From positions 1 through 29,120 of IMG/VR virus record IMGVR_UViG_3300027653_000043: a stretch of DNA of 29,120 nucleotides, one strand, 5' to 3'. Below the pieces are notes generated by a model that saw nothing but the letters and a program-made list of their open reading frames with translations, was not told where the DNA came from and searched no databases. A program made the position numbers and the translations under genes. Below are positions 15,313-21,178 of this stretch, in pieces; the first letter of the stretch is position 1; every line of letters begins with the position of its first letter. Source of the DNA: a virus (lineage: Duplodnaviria > Caudoviricetes).

Positions 15313-16120
15313 CGGGGGCCTCCTGCACTGGTGGCCACTCGGCCTCGTTAGCCTCAGGGGCGTCGGAGAGGTCCACTGGGGCCTGTTCGATCTGTTGCGG
15401 GTCCTCGGCCACCAGGCTCTGGTGCAGTTGGGATCCGGGCTTCTCGTCAGCCTCAGCAGCGCGGATCAGGTTCGTGGACTTCGGCAGCAGCTTGATCAGC
15501 TGACGCAGTGCGGTCTTGCGTTCCATCCACCGCAGCGGATCCGGGATGTCACCAGATGACCCGACCCGTCCTCGGCGCAGGTTCTTGACCTCTTCGGGGG
15601 ACAGCACCACGAACGCGGACGCGCCGGACGTAAGGGTCGCGACGGCGTAGTACTCCACCAGGTCGCCCCGGTCGCCACGTGCTGGCTTGTGGGACAGGAA
15701 CGGGCTGGTGCCGTAGGCGTAATCGAACTCGTCGTTGGCGTAGACGGCCTGGGCGTCGATGTGAGAGGCCATCTCGTGCTGATAGAACAATTTCGTCATG
15801 CCCTGGTAGCCGATGATCAGCTGGCACTCGGTGATGCCCTTCCTCTTGTCCCGGTAAGGCACCAGGTACGCCTCGCCGTTCACGCCAGGCTCCAGGCCCA
15901 GCGCGGCTGCCGTCAGCAGCGCCCCGGCGAAAGACTGCGGGGTGGACTCAGCCAGGCGCGGGTTCTGCCGGACCACCGTCAAGGCCAGGCGGGCCATGCG
16001 GTCGGCGTCCATACCCTTCGGTAGTGCCCGGGCAATCTCGCCCTGCATCTGGTTGATGACCTGCCCAATGGTCGGGGTGGCAGCTGGGGCGTGAAACTTC
16101 GTTGCTTCGGTCGATGCCAT
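15305..16120 (-). CDS. recT: RecT-family single-strand annealing protein
   Basis: ALPK..ADRMAR.ALT, LGLEP..GEAYLVPY, CQLIIGYQG, WMERKTALRQLIKLLPKS. Confidence 0.96.
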   Translation of the reverse strand: MASTEATKFHAPAATPTIGQVINQMQGEIARALPKGMDADRMARLALTVVRQNPRLAESTPQSFAGALLTAAALGLEPGVNGEAYLVPYRDKRKGITECQLIIGYQGMTKLFYQHEMASHIDAQAVYANDEFDYAYGTSPFLSHKPARGDRGDLVEYYAVATLTSGASAFVVLSPEEVKNLRRGRVGSSGDIPDPLRWMERKTALRQLIKLLPKSTNLIRAAEADEKPGSQLHQSLVAEDPQQIEQAPVDLSDAPEANEAEWPPVQEAPDA

Positions 16121-16131
16121 GATTCGTCCTC

Positions 16132-16914
16132 TCAGCGCCCATACCAGGGCGCGACGGGTAGGGGTTCGATGCCGGTGATGCCGGCGGGGTAGCCGTGGGT
16201 CTCGTAGTGGACGTATGCCTCCAGGGCTTTCTGGACGCGCTCACGGCCCGCTTCCAGGTCCGCAGCGGAGGGCTGTAAGGCTCGGGCCAGGTAGGGCGGC
16301 TCACGCTCAATCACCAAAAAGATGAACGGCAGGCGCTGGCCGGTGATGACCTCGTGCCCGTCGCTGTACTGCGCTGCCTGCATGGGCCAGTCCATGGACG
16401 CTGCTGTGCGCTCCAAAGCTGTGGTGTCGGTGCCCCCCGCTGCTGTGGTCTTCACGTCCACGATCGCGTCATCGCGTAGCCAGTCCACCCGGCCCCGCAG
16501 CGGCACACCGGTCTGGGGGTCGGTCCAGTACATGGACTGCTCCGGCTTGCCAGCGCTGAGGACATCAGCCACGTACGGGTCAGACATGGCGCCCTGGCGG
16601 ATGCGGGCAGCCTCACGCAGCTGGCCCCGGTGGATAGCGATCAGGCCCTCAGAGCGCCACTCGTCACGCTGAGCCCTGACTGCGGGCTTGCGCCAGTCAT
16701 AGGCATCGCACACCCGGATCCGCCCATCAGCTCCGTGCAGCAGCATCTCGTGGACCACCGAGCCGATATCCATCACGTCGGTGGCGGGGCGCTTGTGGGT
16801 CCGCTCGTAGGCGAACCTGGCGGGGTTGCGCAGCAGCACCTTCATGCCGGACACGGACAGGGTGTCCAGGTCGCTGTGGTAAGCGGCCTCGGGGATCGCA
16901 TCGAGGACAGTCAC
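16132..16914 (-). CDS. recE: RecE-like (exonuclease VIII, PD-(D/E)XK) exonuclease
   Basis: YH..LSVSG.K, GSVVH, EQSMYW.D..TGV.LRGRVD, IVDVKT, QAAQY; directly upstream of recT. Confidence 0.92.
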   Translation of the reverse strand: MTVLDAIPEAAYHSDLDTLSVSGMKVLLRNPARFAYERTHKRPATDVMDIGSVVHEMLLHGADGRIRVCDAYDWRKPAVRAQRDEWRSEGLIAIHRGQLREAARIRQGAMSDPYVADVLSAGKPEQSMYWTDPQTGVPLRGRVDWLRDDAIVDVKTTAAGGTDTTALERTAASMDWPMQAAQYSDGHEVITGQRLPFIFLVIEREPPYLARALQPSAADLEAGRERVQKALEAYVHYETHGYPAGITGIEPLPVAPWYGR

Positions 16915-17084
16915 CAGCCGTCCTCCTTGTCCCAGTCCCGCTGCCGGTCGGCGGCTTCGGCGATCTCGTTGGCGTCCCGCTCAGCCCGCCACAGGTCTAC
17001 GTCGTAGTCCTCGGGCAGGGCACCGGTGGCGATGGCGTCGATGTACGCATCGGGTAGGGGTGGGCGGTAGCGGTGGTCAGTCAT
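16911..17084 (-). CDS. Small acidic hypothetical protein (57 aa)
   Basis: MTDHRYRPPLPDAYIDAIATG...DWDKEDGW; overlaps both neighbours. Confidence 0.65.
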   Translation of the reverse strand: MTDHRYRPPLPDAYIDAIATGALPEDYDVDLWRAERDANEIAEAADRQRDWDKEDGW

Positions 17085-17334
17085 CGATCAGCTTCCGGGT
17101 CCATGGGGCCAGGTCGTTGTTGGTCTCAACGTCGGCGGCGACCTGTTCCTCGGGGGTGTATTGGCGGCGGAATGCCTCACCGGCGGCCATGGCTGCCACG
17201 TGCGCCTTGGCCTGTTCGATCAGATGGTCCTCGGCGGCGGTGTCTGGGGGCGGCATGGTCAGCTCACCGCCAGCGGCGTGCCGACCGGAGCCGGGGAACA
17301 GGTACTTACCCAGCCAGTTCTTGACGCGGATCAT
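17077..17334 (-). CDS. Hypothetical protein (85 aa)
   Basis: AGGAGG RBS, ATGA overlap; MIRVKNWLGKYLFP. Confidence 0.65.
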   Translation of the reverse strand: MIRVKNWLGKYLFPGSGRHAAGGELTMPPPDTAAEDHLIEQAKAHVAAMAAGEAFRRQYTPEEQVAADVETNNDLAPWTRKLIDD

Positions 17335-17480
17335 CGGGCCGCCTCCTGAGCGAGGGTGGCGCCGTCGAGCAGGTAGTAGTGCTCGCGGGCGGTCAGCTCG
17401 TGATTCAGGTCCGCGTCGGCGAGGATGTCGGAGAGGGTGTCCATGACCCACCGGGGCAATGGAAGGAGGGTGAGGTTCAT
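17331..17480 (-). CDS. Small hypothetical protein (49 aa)
   Basis: GAAGGA RBS; MNLTLLPLPRWVMDTLSD...QEAAR. Confidence 0.65.
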   Translation of the reverse strand: MNLTLLPLPRWVMDTLSDILADADLNHELTAREHYYLLDGATLAQEAAR

Positions 17481-17553
17481 CGGATATCCTTCTTTCGGTT
17501 GGTGCCCCCGCGTGGTCTTGGTTGGTCGGCGGGGGCGCTTGCTTGTGTGGTCA
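17478..17553 (-). promoter_or_regulatory. Intergenic hairpin + RBS element, copy B
   Basis: GCCCCCGC/GCGGGGGC stem with CCAAGAC in loop, then AGAAGGA RBS; aligns with 18158-18233. Confidence 0.65.
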
Positions 17554-17862
17554 GGTAGCGGCCCAAATCCTCATCCACCCAGCCCTTCGGGACGGGCGGG
17601 TGCAGCGGCGGTGACCCACGGCGCGGATGCGGTCGCGGGCGGCGAGACTGCCGAGAATTGCCGGCAGCAGGTTTGGCGAGTGGGGCTCGACACCCTCAGG
17701 GACAAGGGCCCGAATATCCTCGGCGTCGAAGACCTGACCGGCCGCGATCAGCTGATCCACCGCATCGTGGACGTGCTCAGCGAAACCGCGATGCACGGCT
17801 GTGTCGGCGGCGAGGACGGCATCCTGGCCCTGGTCGCGGAGGGTGGGGCCGGTGGGGGTCAT
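17551..17862 (-). CDS. Hypothetical protein, probable winged-helix
   Basis: FDAEDIR...PHSPN...AARDRI..GHRR..RPSR....RIW pattern; ATGA overlap. Confidence 0.75.
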   Translation of the reverse strand: MTPTGPTLRDQGQDAVLAADTAVHRGFAEHVHDAVDQLIAAGQVFDAEDIRALVPEGVEPHSPNLLPAILGSLAARDRIRAVGHRRCTRPSRRAGWMRIWAAT

Positions 17863-18065
17863 GCTGACTTCTCCCCCCACTCGGGCAGTGACTCGACGTA
17901 TCGGTCCAGTTCGGAGCGGGCGAATCGCTTGCCGGAGTGCGACTTGACCGGGATGACGTGCCCCTGCGCCTGTAGGTCATCGAGTTTCCTGGGGGACATG
18001 TCCAGGTAGGCGGCGGCACTGTCTCTGGTCATCAGCGCGGGCCAGGACGGTAGTGAGCGGGTCAC
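17859..18065 (-). CDS. Excisionase-like HTH protein
   Basis: LMTRDSAAAYLDMS......RFARSELDRY; GGAGG RBS; early operon near int. Confidence 0.8.
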   Translation of the reverse strand: MTRSLPSWPALMTRDSAAAYLDMSPRKLDDLQAQGHVIPVKSHSGKRFARSELDRYVESLPEWGEKSA

Positions 18066-18160
18066 GAGACCACCTCCAAGGCGAACCAGGGCTCGCCGTG
18101 CTCGTCTGCGACGACGCGCACGCCCTCCCCGTGGAAGTTGAACTGGGTTAGCTCTCTCAT
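18062..18160 (-). pseudogene. Truncated BRO-N antirepressor remnant (32 aa)
   Basis: MRELTQFNFHGEGVRVVADEHGEPWFA is the canonical start of a BRO-N domain; stop follows 5 codons later; strong AGAAGGAG RBS. Confidence 0.75.
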
Positions 18161-18233
18161 GAGATACTCCTTCTGTAGGTAGTGGCCCCCGGTGTCTTGG
18201 CGGATGCGCGGGGGCGCTGCTATGTCTGGGTCA
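18158..18233 (-). promoter_or_regulatory. Intergenic hairpin + RBS element, copy A
   Basis: GCCCCCG/CGGGGGC stem with CCAAGAC in loop, then AGAAGGAG RBS. Confidence 0.65.
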
Positions 18234-18473
18234 GGCGGCGTCGCTGAGTCGCTCCACACGCAAGAAGATGTCCACGACGCTGAGGTCGAGGACATCTGCG
18301 ATGGCGACTAGCTCGGTGGTGACGAATGCCGAGCGGCCAGTGAGCCGGCGGTTGAGGGTGACCAGCGGTATCCCTGTCTCGCTGGACACCTGCCGCTGCG
18401 ACTTCCCATCAGCCTTGATGGCTGTGCTTACGACCTTCGCCAGGCCTTCGGTGATGCGGTCCGGTGTCGTCAT
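18231..18473 (-). CDS. Cro-like XRE HTH regulator (80 aa)
   Basis: SQRQVSSETGIPLVTLNRRLTG..F...EL..IA.VL; divergent from repressor; first gene of early operon. Confidence 0.88.
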   Translation of the reverse strand: MTTPDRITEGLAKVVSTAIKADGKSQRQVSSETGIPLVTLNRRLTGRSAFVTTELVAIADVLDLSVVDIFLRVERLSDAA

Positions 18474-18509
18474 GCGGGCAACGTTAGTCGTCAAACGGAA
18501 CATTTACAA
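18474..18509 (-). promoter_or_regulatory. Early promoter (probably leaderless cro mRNA)
   Basis: TTGTAA-N17-TAACGT-N7-ATG; no SD. Confidence 0.7.
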
Positions 18510-18533
18510 GGAACCAATCATGTCTCTTCGGGC

Positions 18534-18569
18534 TTGTTTTGTCGTCATGTAGGCGCTACTGTGCTCCTT
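18534..18569 (+). promoter_or_regulatory. Repressor promoter (probably leaderless)
   Basis: TTGTTT-N17-TACTGT-N7-ATG; no SD. Confidence 0.7.
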
Positions 18570-18821
18570 ATGGAACACGCCGACGAAATGCGCTGGATTA
18601 GCGCTGTGGCCGCTACACTGCGCGCTGAGCGCGGCGTGGCGGATCTCACGCAGGCTGAGGTCTCACGCCGCACCGGTGTGGCGCGGACCTCCTACCGGCT
18701 GTATGAGGAAGGCAAGCGACAGCCGGATGTGGTCACACTCGCCAAGATTGCCGAGGCCTTCAAGATTCCGCTCTCACGCCTCTTCGCTGAGGCGGAGCGT
18801 CGGGCGAACGACAGGGCGTAG
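18570..18821 (+). CDS. Immunity repressor, XRE HTH (83 aa)
   Basis: LRAER..ADLTQAEVSRRTGVARTSYRLYEEGKRQP....L.KIA.AF; divergent from cro. Confidence 0.9.
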   Translation: MEHADEMRWISAVAATLRAERGVADLTQAEVSRRTGVARTSYRLYEEGKRQPDVVTLAKIAEAFKIPLSRLFAEAERRANDRA

Positions 18822-18835
18822 CGAGTATTGCAGGT

Positions 18836-18864
18836 GGGCCTCGAACCGGCATGGTCCGAGGCCC
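18836..18864. terminator. Hairpin between convergent repressor and integrase
   Basis: GGGCCTCGAACC-N5-GGTCCGAGGCCC, 12-bp stem (one G.U pair on minus strand); no U tract. Confidence 0.55.
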
Positions 18865-19029
18865 TAAGCGTGTGCCAGCGAGCGGGGGGGTGGGTGCCAT
18901 TGGTTGCATCACACGACCCCCCTTTGTCGCCCCGAGCCCCGGTAGTAATGGGGCACACAGCCCACTGTAGGAGCGACTGGCGGCGCGAGCGACCGGAATT
19001 GGGTATCGGATCGGTGAGTGCAGGCCCTG

Positions 19030-20295
19030 TTACTGCCCGATGAGCGCCTCACCCCAGCGTGCCCCAAGCTTCGTGACGGCTTCGCGAGCAGCATCGGAGG
19101 ACACGTGCTGATAGCCGCGAGTGACCTCGACACTGCCGTGACCCACGATCTCCCCGACGATGGTCGGGTCGATTCCCAGCTCCATCAGCACGGTGACCAC
19201 GGTGTGCCTGGCCCAGTGCGTACCAGGGGCACCCTTGCCTGCCTCCAACTGCTCAGCAGGGATCACCCCGGCGGCGTGCAGCAGGTTGCGCCAGGCCTGA
19301 CCGTCATCGCGGGGCGTGCGATGTGAGCCACTATCTGCCGGCCACACCAGCCCGTGGGGGTTTGGCTGACCGTCCATGGCTTGCTGCCAGCGTTGCAGTT
19401 CGGTGACCACTGGGGCGATGAGGGGCACCGAGCGACCGGTGGCATTCTTGGGCCGGATCAGGCACCAGCGTCCCCTCAGGTGCTCCAGCTCGAAGCCGTC
19501 CGGGATGCGCCAGCGCCACTGCGGGCACCTTGCCGTGAGCCGATGTCCGCACGGGTCCGCTTCGGGGCAGCCGTGCTCGCGTGGGACCTCTTCTAGGGAC
19601 CAGGAGATGCTGACCTGCCCACGGGTGAGGTCCACATCCTCCCAGCGCAGGCCCAGGGCCTCAGACTGGCGCAGCCCCATGGTGAAGCCCGCCCACCAGC
19701 GGGTGCGGTCCGGCAGCGGCATCGTGGCACGCAGTATGGCCATGGCCTGCTCGCGAGTGAATGCGCCCCGGTCGGTGGCAGCCTTCTTGGGGGCCTTGAC
19801 CTGTGCAGCGACGTTCGTCCCGCAGAGGCCTTCGTCGTGGGCTGACTCCAGCATCTGGGATAGCACCCGGTAGGCCTGCCTGGACGAGCTGGAGGACTTC
19901 CCAGCGGCGCGCATGGCCTCGGCCACGGCTCGCACGTCGGAGGGCTTGAGGTTCGCCACTCGCTTACGCCCGATGGTGGGCACGATCCAGCGCCGGGTTA
20001 GCGATGAGTAGGCGATGTAGGTGTTGGGCTTCAGGTGCGGCTTGGCGACCGTGGTCAGCCAGTGCTCAGCCCAGGACTCCAGAGTGGTGGCACGGTCCAG
20101 CGGTGCGCCGTGCTCGGAGATCTCAGCGCGGATCGCTGCCGCCTTGTCGCGAGCACCTCGTTGGGTGCGGGAGTGCACGTGCTTCTGCTTACGCCGACCG
20201 TCTGGGCCGTAGCCCAGTTCGATGGTGGCTCGCCACAGCCCGCGCTTGGGCAGGTAGTACAGCCCGCCGTCGCCGGGGGATCGCTTCTTGACCAT
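19030..20295 (-). CDS. int: Tyrosine integrase
   Basis: GLRQSEALGLRWEDVD (R), PKN (K), HWARH (HxxR), GH, YQH (Y); N-terminal arm-binding region; adjacent attP. Confidence 0.97.
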   Translation of the reverse strand: MVKKRSPGDGGLYYLPKRGLWRATIELGYGPDGRRKQKHVHSRTQRGARDKAAAIRAEISEHGAPLDRATTLESWAEHWLTTVAKPHLKPNTYIAYSSLTRRWIVPTIGRKRVANLKPSDVRAVAEAMRAAGKSSSSSRQAYRVLSQMLESAHDEGLCGTNVAAQVKAPKKAATDRGAFTREQAMAILRATMPLPDRTRWWAGFTMGLRQSEALGLRWEDVDLTRGQVSISWSLEEVPREHGCPEADPCGHRLTARCPQWRWRIPDGFELEHLRGRWCLIRPKNATGRSVPLIAPVVTELQRWQQAMDGQPNPHGLVWPADSGSHRTPRDDGQAWRNLLHAAGVIPAEQLEAGKGAPGTHWARHTVVTVLMELGIDPTIVGEIVGHGSVEVTRGYQHVSSDAAREAVTKLGARWGEALIGQ

Positions 20296-20308
20296 GGCTC
20301 ATCTCCTA

Positions 20309-20332
20309 GGTGCACACATAGGTTCACACATG
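20309..20332. repeat. Integrase arm-type sites (left pair)
   Basis: GGTGCACACATA GGTTCACACATG tandem 12-mers, matching the pair at 20557-20580. Confidence 0.8.
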
Positions 20333-20445
20333 CATGTTCGTGCTTAGTGTACGCACATGCGCAGCCCGTATGCCGCAGAATCAGCGTCATTCCGCCGATT
20401 ATCGGTGTGCTCGTGCGCAAATCTCATGCCTCGATAATGGCTCTA

Positions 20446-20495
20446 CACTTGACTGGGGGTCAAGGGGTCGTGGGTTCAAATCCCGCCAGCCCGAC
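20446..20495 (+). other. attP common core = 3' portion of tRNA-Pro(GGG)
   Basis: Anticodon arm CTTGA-CTGGGGG-TCAAG, T arm GTGGG-TTCAAAT-CCCGC, acceptor strand CAGCCCGA; 5' half absent; flanked by arm repeats and int. Confidence 0.9.
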
Positions 20496-20501
20496 AGGAG
20501 A

Positions 20502-20532
20502 AAGGCCAGGAATCCCAACGGTTCCTGGCCTT
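20502..20532. terminator. Hairpin after attP core (replacement tRNA terminator)
   Basis: AAGGCCAGGAA-N9-TTCCTGGCCTT, perfect 11-bp inverted repeat. Confidence 0.75.
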
Positions 20533-20556
20533 CCGTATGTTCAGCAACCATCGCCA

Positions 20557-20580
20557 GGTGCACACACGGGTGCACACATA
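20557..20580. repeat. Integrase arm-type sites (right pair)
   Basis: GGTGCACACACG GGTGCACACATA. Confidence 0.8.
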
Positions 20581-20669
20581 GGCCAGCGACCACCCTTGAT
20601 CCCACCTAATCAAGCCCTGTGCACGTCCCCTGGTGGCAGCCAGGGCCGGCGACTCAAGGGGGAGTGGAC

Positions 20670-20727
20670 ACACGAAAGACCGCCCCCGCAACCGTCCGGG
20701 ATTTCCGAACAGTTGCGGGGGCGGTCT
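20670..20727 (-). terminator. Terminator ending late/lysis transcript
   Basis: 16-bp perfect inverted repeat extended to 23 bp by G.U pairs on the minus strand, then TTCGTGT. Confidence 0.75.
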
Positions 20728-20738
20728 CGCGTAAGGGT

Positions 20739-20840
20739 CTAGTCGGTGCAGCACTCCCGTGCGCTGCGGGCGTTGTTCCACGACTGCCCGCACTCCCTGC
20801 ACCGGTAGGCCTCGTCCCAGATGGGCAGGTGCGGGCGCAT
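20739..20840 (-). CDS. Cys-rich microprotein (33 aa)
   Basis: MRPHLPIWDEAYRCRECGQSWNNARSARECCTD; ATG 2 nt after holin stop. Confidence 0.6.
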   Translation of the reverse strand: MRPHLPIWDEAYRCRECGQSWNNARSARECCTD

Positions 20841-20842
20841 GG

Positions 20843-21178
20843 TTACAGTGGCCTGTCCTGACCGGAGGGTCCCGCCTTCTTGGTCTGGTCGCGGACCACG
20901 ACGCCCTCGGCTACACGGTCGTTCGCTGGGCCGGCGACCACCTCGGTGCCAGCGCCTACCCGCTCCACTACCTTGATGTCCGGGGTGACCTTGCCGCGCA
21001 TGACGATAGTCACCAGCGCCACCACGGCCACCACAACACCCTGGATCCCGGCTATCTGGGCCTCGGTCAGGTCCACGCCGAACAGCACCAGCACGGGCAG
21101 CACAGCGGCCACTAGGGCGATGACGCCGCCGCCGATGCTGACCGGCTCAGTGGTGCCGGTCTTCTTGTTTGCTGCCAT
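20843..21178 (-). CDS. Holin-like protein (2 TM)
   Basis: EPV..GGVIALVAAVL..LFGVDLTEAQ...RGKVTP; TGATG-coupled to endolysin. Confidence 0.8.
   Translation of the reverse strand: MAANKKTGTTEPVSIGGGVIALVAAVLPVLVLFGVDLTEAQIAGIQGVVVAVVALVTIVMRGKVTPDIKVVERVGAGTEVVAGPANDRVAEGVVVRDQTKKAGPSGQDRPL

Noticed and set aside
18692-18958. Minus-strand ORF between int and repressor
   Set aside because: Overlaps the repressor antisense and a hairpin; no protein-like features.
20326-20341. LexA (SOS) box upstream of int
   Set aside because: Only one half-site (GTTCG) matches TCGAAC-N4-GTTCGA.
20420-20498. Complete tRNA-Pro gene
   Set aside because: No 5' acceptor strand (CGGGCTG expected) or D arm upstream; it is the attP core only.
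20035-20802. Several ORFs across the attP region
   Set aside because: They cross att core, arm repeats and terminators; non-coding explanation is sufficient.
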